DNA of 32,000 bases, from NCBI RefSeq assembly GCF_000179635.2, contig NC_014833.1:900001-932000 (forward strand), written 5' to 3'. The number at the start of each line of letters is the position of its first letter. The stretch's first letter is position 1. The notes under the pieces were generated by a model. The model was given only the letters and a program-made list of their open reading frames with translations, did not search any database and had not been told where the DNA came from. Shown here in pieces: positions 25,457 through 32,000 of the stretch. The DNA is from Ruminococcus albus 7 = DSM 20455 (GTDB lineage Bacteria; Bacillota; Clostridia; Oscillospirales; Ruminococcaceae). The position numbers were made by a program, and so were the translations under genes.

Positions 25457-26116
25457 ATGCAGGATATTCTGGTCATCGATGATGATATATATATCGGCGA
25501 TATGCTGGAGGAAGCACTGCGTAAGGAGGGTTACGGGGTTTCAAGGGCTTATTCTGGTACCGAGGCTCTGCTGTTGGTCGGTCAGAAAAAGCCTGACCTG
25601 ATACTGCTTGACCTGATGCTTCCGGGACTGAGCGGAGAAGAACTTCTGCCAAAAATAAAGGGCATACCCGTGATAGTAGTGAGTGCAAAGGCTGATGTTG
25701 CCGATAAGGTTGGGCTGCTTATGGCAGGGGCTTCTGACTATGTTACAAAGCCGTTCAATATAGCCGAACTTATTGCAAGGATAGCCGTTCAGCTGAGAAT
25801 GGCGCAGTCAAAAGGTGATACCAATGCGCTGACATTCGGTGATCTGACGCTGTACTGCGATACGCTGACCGCCGTGATTGACGGTGAAGAGATCAGGCTG
25901 ACGAGGACTGAGTGTGCGATACTGAAACTGCTGATGCAAAGCCCGAACACCCCTGTTGGCAGAACGACGATACTCGATAAGATAAGCATAGATACCCCCG
26001 ATTGCACCGAGAGGTCTTTAAAACAGCATATAAGCAATATGCGCAAAAAACTGGAAGCTGTGAACGGTCATGATTATATTGAAGCTGTGTACGGGATCGG
26101 CTTCAAGATGCGCTGA
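25457..26116 (+). CDS. OmpR/PhoB-family response regulator
   Basis: Receiver domain (DLILLDLMLPGLSG; KPF) and a winged-helix output domain (LTRTECAILKLLMQ...YIEAVYGIGFKM). AGGAGG is the RBS. Confidence 0.93.
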   Translation: MQDILVIDDDIYIGDMLEEALRKEGYGVSRAYSGTEALLLVGQKKPDLILLDLMLPGLSGEELLPKIKGIPVIVVSAKADVADKVGLLMAGASDYVTKPFNIAELIARIAVQLRMAQSKGDTNALTFGDLTLYCDTLTAVIDGEEIRLTRTECAILKLLMQSPNTPVGRTTILDKISIDTPDCTERSLKQHISNMRKKLEAVNGHDYIEAVYGIGFKMR

Positions 26117-26120
26117 TGAT

Positions 26121-26178
26121 ATCTTGACCAAATCTTGACTTTTTCTTTGCCGCTATCTTGACAATTGTGTGTTATACT
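26121..26178 (+). promoter_or_regulatory. Three perfect ATCTTGAC direct repeats followed by an extended -10 (candidate regulator boxes plus promoter)
   Basis: ATCTTGAC occurs at 26121-26128, 26132-26139 and 26155-26162, with spacings of 11 and 23 bp. TGtTATACT lies at 26170-26178. Confidence 0.6.
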
Positions 26179-26229
26179 GATATCAGAAAAGGGGAACAGC
26201 CCATCAGTAAAAACACGGAGGTAATCAAA

Positions 26230-26604
26230 ATGGCAAACATCACATCTGAAAAGGGTTTATCTTATCTGTTGACAAAAGCAGTTTCGGCAGTCATATCGAC
26301 GGCGACAGCAGTAGGATTCTTAATGTCGGCGGAATATGACAGCAGACTTGCAGTGCCCGCACTGCTGATATTCATAGCATTTATGGATAAGGATATGCTG
26401 AATGAGAAGCATCAGAAGATCGTGTGTCGCCTGACATCCGTCGCAGCGGTTATGGCGGCGCTTATGGTAACGGCTTCTGTGGGGCTATGGATATTCAATG
26501 CAAGATATCTTGCGGCAGTGATGTTCACTTCGCTGGCAGTTATGGCATTTGCGGAAGCTGTGTTCTTCGCATCGGAGAATATGAGAAACAGAAAAAATGT
26601 GTGA
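26230..26604 (+). CDS. Small hypothetical 4-TM membrane protein, first gene of the ABC operon
   Basis: ATG at 26230 with GGAGG 8 nt upstream. 124 aa with four hydrophobic segments. No motif recognised. Confidence 0.7.
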   Translation: MANITSEKGLSYLLTKAVSAVISTATAVGFLMSAEYDSRLAVPALLIFIAFMDKDMLNEKHQKIVCRLTSVAAVMAALMVTASVGLWIFNARYLAAVMFTSLAVMAFAEAVFFASENMRNRKNV

Positions 26605-26632
26605 GGAGCAAAGTAAAAAAGAGGAGACAAAA

Positions 26633-27544
26633 ATGGAATACGTACTCAGAACAAAAGAACTCGGGAAAAAATACAAAAACTTTACCGCCCTTGACGGAGT
26701 GACCATGAATATCCCCAAAGGCGCGATTTACGGTTTTGTCGGCAGGAACGGTGCAGGCAAGACCACGCTGATACGTCTTATAACAGGTCTTCAGAGACCT
26801 ACTGAGGGCGGTTTTGAGATATTCGGCATAAAGAATAACGACAGGGATATCGTAAAGTCAAGAAGGCGAATGGGAGCAGTGGTAGAAACTCCTGCAATAT
26901 ACCTTGACCTGACAGCAAGGGAAAATCTCATACAGCAGTACAGGGTACTCGGTCTTCCAAATACTGACGGCATAGACGAACTGCTCGATCTTGTTGGGCT
27001 TGTCGATACAGGCAGAAAAAAAGCAAAGAACTTTTCTCTGGGCATGAAGCAAAGACTGGGAATAGCAATAGCGCTGTGTGGTGATCCTGACCTTGTTGTA
27101 CTGGATGAGCCTATAAACGGTCTTGATCCGCAGGGAATAATCGAGATACGTGAACTGATACTGAAACTAAACCGTGAAAGAAACATGACTATACTGATAT
27201 CCAGCCATATCCTTGATGAACTGGCAAAGCTGGCGACACACTACGGATTCATTGATCACGGCAGGATAGTGCGTGAGATGAGCGCGGAGGAACTTGATTC
27301 GGCTTGCAGGAAATGCGTGAGAATGACAGTGACAGATACGGGCATACTCTCACGAGTGCTGGACGAAATGGGCATCGACTACAAGATACTTGACGATAAA
27401 ACTGCAGATGTCTTTGCAAAGCTGAATTTCTCGCAGACCGCAGGAAGGCTCAGTGAACAGGGCTGTGAAGTAGTTTCGATGACAGAAAAGGACGAGAGCC
27501 TTGAAAGTTTCTATATATCTCTGGTTGGAGGCGAGGAGAAGTGA
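26633..27544 (+). CDS. ABC transporter ATP-binding protein (bacitracin/lantibiotic-protection type)
   Basis: ATG at 26633 with GAGGAG 6 nt upstream. GRNGAGKTT (Walker A), FSLGMKQRL (signature), LVVLDEPINGLD (Walker B). Confidence 0.92.
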   Translation: MEYVLRTKELGKKYKNFTALDGVTMNIPKGAIYGFVGRNGAGKTTLIRLITGLQRPTEGGFEIFGIKNNDRDIVKSRRRMGAVVETPAIYLDLTARENLIQQYRVLGLPNTDGIDELLDLVGLVDTGRKKAKNFSLGMKQRLGIAIALCGDPDLVVLDEPINGLDPQGIIEIRELILKLNRERNMTILISSHILDELAKLATHYGFIDHGRIVREMSAEELDSACRKCVRMTVTDTGILSRVLDEMGIDYKILDDKTADVFAKLNFSQTAGRLSEQGCEVVSMTEKDESLESFYISLVGGEEK

Positions 27545-28347
27545 CGAGTCTGATAGTTATGGGGTTAAGCAGAATGTTCAGGTCGCTGGTATTCAAAATA
27601 GGCATGGGCTTAATGGTCATATACCCACTGTTCATAGTACTTGTCTCATTAAAGAACAGGACTCCCGACTCAGAACCCCTCAACGGCGTATATAATTCGG
27701 GACTGGTATTTATAGGACTTCTGATAGGGGCTTTCGTGTCGGTGCTGATAGGTCAGGATTATATTGAAAAGACCATAAACAATAAAATAATGGCAGGGCA
27801 TTCGAGAACGGCAATATATCTTTCGGACTTCATCGTCGCATTTATCGGTGCTGTCATCATGCAGCTGGGCTGTATGGCTGCCGCATCAGCCGTGGCGATA
27901 CCTCTGTATGGTATGTATTCCACACCACTCAGCGAGATACTGCGTATGCAGCCGATAATACTGTGCATTATAGCTGTGTATACTGCGCTGGCGCTTTTCG
28001 TGACCACGATAGTTAATTCAAAATCCTACGCGGTGGCAGCTTCGATGTTCCTGACCATGGCAGTGTTCGCGGCAGGTATGATGTCATATCAGGTGATAAC
28101 AGAAGACAAGGCGGAAAAAGCACTTGCGGCAGAACAAGGCAAAGTCATCGAAATGACAAAAGATGATACACTTGCATTGAAGATATTCGGCGTGATATAC
28201 GATACCGACCCACAGAGTCAGGTGTGCATCCTGTCTGAGGACAGATATCCCGAAAACGGGACAAAAATGATAATTACAGATATAGCGGCTATAGCAGTGA
28301 TAACATCGGCAGGTCTGCTTAATTTCTGCCGTAAGGACATAAAGTGA
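27541..28347 (+). CDS. ABC-2-type permease (LanE/G- or CprB/C-like size and topology)
   Basis: The GTG start overlaps the ATPase stop (GTGA), and GGAGG lies 9 nt upstream. About six hydrophobic segments. Confidence 0.8.
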   Translation: MTSLIVMGLSRMFRSLVFKIGMGLMVIYPLFIVLVSLKNRTPDSEPLNGVYNSGLVFIGLLIGAFVSVLIGQDYIEKTINNKIMAGHSRTAIYLSDFIVAFIGAVIMQLGCMAAASAVAIPLYGMYSTPLSEILRMQPIILCIIAVYTALALFVTTIVNSKSYAVAASMFLTMAVFAAGMMSYQVITEDKAEKALAAEQGKVIEMTKDDTLALKIFGVIYDTDPQSQVCILSEDRYPENGTKMIITDIAAIAVITSAGLLNFCRKDIK

Positions 28348-28357
28348 GGAAAGTGCG

Positions 28358-29104
28358 ATGACAGAACTTTTCAGGTCATATTGTGCCAGGATGTTCAGGC
28401 ATAAATTATATATATTCGGTCTGGCGGCGGCATTTTTCATAACATACTATATCTCGGCAAACGGTGCTGAGATTCTTCCGCTGCACAATATCCATAATGA
28501 TTTTGAATGTGCCAAGCTGGCAAGTCTTGGCATACCTGCGTTTTTCTCGCTGTTTACGGCGATATTTCTCGGCGCTGAATACTTTGGCGGGGCTATCCGC
28601 AACAAATTGATATGCGGCAAAACAAGGCATGAGATATACTATGCATCTTTCGGTGCGGTGGCGCTGGGAATGCTTATAATGACAGCAGTTTGGGCAACAG
28701 CAGCACTGCTGGGGGCACATATTCTTCCTGATGCAGGGGAGATCGCTTTGTGCATCGTCAGGATGATTTTCTACAATATGGCTAATCTTTCGCTGCTGGT
28801 GCTTATCAGCATGAATATTGACAAGGAAGGTCTTGTGACCGCTATCGGAATAACGTCATTTCAGGCATCGTTCATGGCAGCTATATTAATGCAGGCGATC
28901 ATGGGCATAACAGGCGATGGCACAAGTGCGGTGCTGAGGGCTTTGATAAATGTTATCCCGTATGGTCAGTGGCTGTCGGTGTCGCTCATTGGTGACCAGA
29001 GTATAGCTCTGCCGGCACCTGTACAGATAGTTATCTCGGCGGTATCGGTAGTAGTGATCACTTATGCAGGTCTGAGGCTGATGGAGAAAAAGGATATCAG
29101 GTAA
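28358..29104 (+). CDS. ABC-2-type permease (second subunit)
   Basis: GAGGA lies 7 nt upstream. About six hydrophobic segments. Confidence 0.8.
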   Translation: MTELFRSYCARMFRHKLYIFGLAAAFFITYYISANGAEILPLHNIHNDFECAKLASLGIPAFFSLFTAIFLGAEYFGGAIRNKLICGKTRHEIYYASFGAVALGMLIMTAVWATAALLGAHILPDAGEIALCIVRMIFYNMANLSLLVLISMNIDKEGLVTAIGITSFQASFMAAILMQAIMGITGDGTSAVLRALINVIPYGQWLSVSLIGDQSIALPAPVQIVISAVSVVVITYAGLRLMEKKDIR

Positions 29105-29118
29105 GGAAGGAAAATCGT

Positions 29119-29985
29119 ATGGTATATGCTCTGTTCGCCGTGATAACTGCGGCACTGGTAATAAAGATAATATCTCTGAGATCTGCCGCAAGATCAATAA
29201 GAAAGCAGTTTGATGAAAAGTTGGAAACCGATACTAACACCGGTATATCCATACATTCAGCCGACAGGAACATGAGGGAACTGGCAGGCAGTATAAACAA
29301 TCAGCTGAAAAAACTGCGTGCGGAGCATAACAGATATGTCAGCGGAGATGCGGAGCTGAAAGCCGCCATAACAAATATCTCTCACGACCTGCGAACACCT
29401 CTTACCGCGATATGCGGATATCTGGAAGTGATGAAAAAAGAAGAGAAGTCAGAGCAGATGGAAAAGTATCTGGATATAATCGGGGGCAGGGCGGAGCTTA
29501 TGAAACAGCTGACAGAAGAGCTTTTCCGCTACTCGGTAATACTTTCTTCGGATGCTTATGCCGATATTGAGGATGTATCGGTAAATCAGGTGCTTGAAGA
29601 CTGCATAATGGGTTATTACGCAGCGCTTTCCGAAAAAGGCATAGCACCGAAGATAGAACTCTGCGAAGAAAAGGTCATAAGGACAGTAAATAAAAACGCC
29701 CTTGCAAGGACATTTAACAACCTTATGAACAATGCTCTGAAATATAGCGATGGAGATCTGTTCATAAGCCTTTCAGCTGAGGGCGAGATAATATTTTCAA
29801 ATACAGCCGCCGACCTGACGACAGTTCAGGTGGAACGGCTGTTTGATCGTTTCTATACGGTGCAGGCAGCACGAAACTCCACAGGGCTCGGTCTTTCAAT
29901 AGCGAGAACTTTCATTGAGCAGATGAACGGCAGCATATCCGCTGAACTAGCCGATAACAGGCTTATCATAAGGATAAAGCTATAA
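29119..29985 (+). CDS. Histidine kinase with a single N-terminal TM helix and no extracytoplasmic domain
   Basis: MVYALFAVITAALVIKIISL is the only hydrophobic segment. H-box: ITNISHDLRTPLTAI. ATPase motifs: NNLMNNALKYS and GLGLSIAR. Confidence 0.9.
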   Translation: MVYALFAVITAALVIKIISLRSAARSIRKQFDEKLETDTNTGISIHSADRNMRELAGSINNQLKKLRAEHNRYVSGDAELKAAITNISHDLRTPLTAICGYLEVMKKEEKSEQMEKYLDIIGGRAELMKQLTEELFRYSVILSSDAYADIEDVSVNQVLEDCIMGYYAALSEKGIAPKIELCEEKVIRTVNKNALARTFNNLMNNALKYSDGDLFISLSAEGEIIFSNTAADLTTVQVERLFDRFYTVQAARNSTGLGLSIARTFIEQMNGSISAELADNRLIIRIKL

Positions 29986-30022
29986 GACTGATAACTGTGT
30001 GTTGTTTGATTTACAAAAAGTA

Positions 30023-30069
30023 ATAACCGTTATCGAAAAGCGCATTACGGACGTGCTTTTGGCGGTTAT
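30023..30069. terminator. Bidirectional terminator between the convergent kinase and HD-domain genes
   Basis: Composite hairpin: outer arms ATAACCG/CGGTTAT and inner arms AAAAGCGC/GTGCTTTT. T-rich tracts follow on both strands. Confidence 0.65.
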
Positions 30070-30141
30070 ATTTAGTATGGCGAATTGCCCCTCAGAAGCG
30101 TTAGAACGTGAGGGAGGGTAGAAAACAGGAACTAGCAGTGT

Positions 30142-30864
30142 CTACATCAATGTCTGCTCGTTTATTATCAGATGAAATTCAAGATCAAGAAAACCGGCAG
30201 CTTTGCGGCAGAGCAGCATACGCTCCATGAATATTTCAAAGTATTCGCCTATCTCTCCATATCTTGTATCGATATCGAGTTTCAGCTTTATGGCGGTATG
30301 ATCCTGGTTGATCTTCAGCTTGGAAGTTTTGACAGAATAGTTCACTCTGTCATGGATATCATAATTCCTTTTGTCATCATCCTGAACACGGCTTCTTCTG
30401 ACATCCGATTTATCAGCCAGTATAAGTGCCGCGGCGATCTTGCTTACGGGAACTCCGCTGCCTTCATCGTGATTGCCTATAGCCTGTATTATCGGAGCAA
30501 TATCCTCAGCAGGGATACCCATTTTATCCAGCAGATAGAAAGTCATCATAGCGCCTGACTGACTATGATCCTCGCGGTTTATGACATTACCGAGATCATG
30601 CATCCACGCTGACGTCAACGCAAGATCTATTGTGTGATCGTCCAGCCCTAAGGTATCAAGAATGTATCCCACACGATCGGCAACAACACCGATGTGTGCA
30701 AAGCTATGTTCAGTATATCCCATAGCATGTAGTGATTCATTTTGTGCTTTTATATATACACTGATATCGTGATCCTGTTTTATCCTGTTGAACAGCGGAA
30801 ATCTATCCGCATTTTCCTGAGCATTATTTATCCACACGCTTGAAATCAACTCCTCTGAAAGCAA
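30142..30864 (-). CDS. HD-domain metal-dependent phosphohydrolase
   Basis: HSFAHIGVVADRV, AWMHDLGN (the HD pair), GNHDEG and ILADKSD. The start is uncertain: TTG at 30864, or GTG at 30837 lying 12 nt after GAGGAG. Confidence 0.82.
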   Translation of the reverse strand: MLSEELISSVWINNAQENADRFPLFNRIKQDHDISVYIKAQNESLHAMGYTEHSFAHIGVVADRVGYILDTLGLDDHTIDLALTSAWMHDLGNVINREDHSQSGAMMTFYLLDKMGIPAEDIAPIIQAIGNHDEGSGVPVSKIAAALILADKSDVRRSRVQDDDKRNYDIHDRVNYSVKTSKLKINQDHTAIKLKLDIDTRYGEIGEYFEIFMERMLLCRKAAGFLDLEFHLIINEQTLM

Positions 30865-30923
30865 TTATATAGTTTCAAATTTATCCTTGTAAGATCATTT
30901 GATCCGGTCTTTAGGTTATTTAT

Positions 30924-30952
30924 ATTATACTATTTTATGTGAGCATTGTCAA
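30924..30952 (-). promoter_or_regulatory. Consensus sigma-70 promoter for the HD-domain gene
   Basis: On the minus strand: TTGACA (30952-30947), 17 nt, TATAAT (30929-30924). Confidence 0.7.
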
Positions 30953-31215
30953 TCGGTAGATTAACAGTACAAAAAAGAGGATCGCTATACAGCAACTCCA
31001 TGATTTCCCGAACTGAGATTCTGCTTAGCACTTGATCTCATTATAATGTTGTAATAAATTTTAAGACTGCCTTCTGTAAATCAGGGGATCTTCTTTTCGG
31101 AAAATGATTAAAAATGCGTATAGCATACGGTAATATCCCGAAGCTAATGCGCATTTTTCTTATTTAGGGGTATGATGAAGCTGTTTTATGTATTATAAAA
31201 CTACTTCATATGTTT

Positions 31216-31659
31216 TTAGCAGGAACTGACAGTCACTCCGTGGAACTTTTCGTAACCTTCTTTTATTCCTTTGAGGATTTTTATAGTGTCTTCTACTGAA
31301 GGCTCGGGAATATCCACAGGCATGAATCTTCTTGCAAGAGCCTTGTCTTTCTCTATAAACTTTCTGTATTCATCTGTAGTCGTTGAGCCGATTATTCTGA
31401 CAGAACCGTCTGTAAGATAAGGTTTAAGGATATTTGCCGCATCCATAGGATTGTCGGGATTTGCGCCTGCACCCATGATCGTGTGGATCTCATCTATATA
31501 CAAAATGATCGAACGTTCTGAATCTTTTACTTCTTCCAGAACAGTTTTCAGCTTTTCTTCAAATTCTCCTCTGTATTTTGATCCTGCCAGCAAAGTGGAT
31601 ATTTCTATACTATATATAGATTTTACAGTCTCTTTTATTGCTTGAGGAACATTTCCTTT
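31216..31659 (-). pseudogene. Internal fragment of a ClpA/ClpB-type AAA+ chaperone (D1 domain without Walker A)
   Basis: The open frame reads KGNVPQAIKETVKSIYSIEISTLLAGSKYRGEFEEKLK...ILYIDEIHTIMGAGA...RIIGSTTTDEYRKFIEKDKALARRFMPVDIPEPS. It is collinear with the ClpA D1 region after Walker A, is bounded by a stop at 31660-31662, and ends prematurely at HGVTVSSC-stop. Confidence 0.85.
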
Positions 31660-31799
31660 TTATTCAGTTCTATGACTCCAGCCATCATTATTATTTGAAC
31701 TTATTCTTATTATAGCTGAAAATTTCATATAATAAAAACGGGAAGAGGCTTGGAAATGTATGATTGTGCTGTATTTAAGGCAAGAGTGGTAAGTGTCTG

Positions 31800-32000
31800 A
31801 TGAGCAATTACAAGACGTGTATGGATTGCGGCGCTGCTCTGCTTGCTGATGATATAGCGATATTTCGTAAACTTGTAAACAGAAATGCTGAAGAGTTTTT
31901 ATGCATCGATTGCCTCTCGAAACGTCTTGGCTGCACAAGAGAGAAGATAGAAAACCTTATAAAGTATTACCGTGAGAGCGGAAATTGTACTCTTTTTGTG
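31800..32000 (+). CDS. Small Cys-rich (zinc-ribbon-like) protein, partial at the right edge
   Basis: Hand translation from ATG 31800 gives MSNYKTCMDCGAALLADDIAIFRKLVNRNAEEFLCIDCLSKRLGCTREKIENLIKYYRESGNCTLFV, open to the window end. It has two CxxC pairs. The RBS is weak. Confidence 0.5.
   Translation, partial: MSNYKTCMDCGAALLADDIAIFRKLVNRNAEEFLCIDCLSKRLGCTREKIENLIKYYRESGNCTLFV

Noticed and set aside
26158-26178. The TTGACA inside the third ATCTTGAC box, considered as the -35 of the ABC operon promoter.
   Set aside because: It is only 9 nt from TATACT, far from the 16-18 nt needed. The TGn extended -10 explains promoter function better.
31660-31938. A 92-aa minus-strand ORF upstream of the Clp fragment.
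   Set aside because: Its sequence is not Clp-like, it is Cys/Ser/His-rich, and it overlaps a more plausible plus-strand Cys-rich small ORF starting at 31800.
1-32000. CRISPR arrays, tRNA or rRNA genes, integrases, phage structural genes, and hallmarks of known defence systems (RT, Cas, cyclases of the CD-NTase type, large ATPase-nuclease pairs).
   Set aside because: I saw no regularly spaced repeats and no such domains in any of the translated ORFs. The only mobile-element signal is the defective IS3 copy.

Overview
This 32-kb window looks like a moderate/low-GC Firmicute chromosome. It is probably a cellulosome-bearing Ruminococcus-type organism, because 13093-14910 encodes an LRR/Fn3 protein ending in a type I dockerin. 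I saw no rRNA, tRNA, CRISPR array, prophage block or recognisable defence-system hallmark genes. Content, left to right: (1) a YtrA-type GntR regulator plus an ABC ATPase, cut by the window edge. (2) A minus-strand redox/detox cluster: flavodoxin, aldo-keto reductase, TetR, sugar O-acetyltransferase and an exported flavodoxin-like protein. (3) An EamA exporter with a divergent TetR. (4) A YvfTU/YvfRS-like module: NarL-type two-component system divergent from an ABC ATPase and two ABC-2 permeases. (5) An internally deleted IS3-family remnant. (6) The dockerin protein. (7) A GNAT, two membrane proteins and a membrane-anchored SAM methyltransferase in one operon. (8) A two-gene hypothetical cassette with its own consensus promoter and terminator. 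(9) A secreted SH3b protein. (10) A ~940-bp ORF-free AT-rich region leading into a visibly decayed polysaccharide locus. That locus holds a DegT aminotransferase with an internal frameshifting deletion, a PglC/EpsL-type sugar transferase, a 29-codon GT2 stub, tagD, and an Fe-S stub fused in frame to a PAS-GGDEF cyclase. (11) A Cpr/LanFEG-like module: OmpR regulator, 4-TM protein, ABC ATPase, two permeases and a one-TM histidine kinase, with three perfect ATCTTGAC boxes in front. (12) An HD-domain protein, a ClpA fragment and a partial Cys-rich small ORF. No single novel system stands out. The best candidates for follow-up are the Fe-S/GGDEF chimera and the decayed CPS locus, the ORF-free region at 20175-21112, the shared GTAAC/GTTAC operator set linking three promoters, the exported flavodoxin, the 18.2-19.7 kb orphan cassette, and the transporter-coupled signalling module with its box array. 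All function calls come from reading motifs in the translations. No database search was possible.
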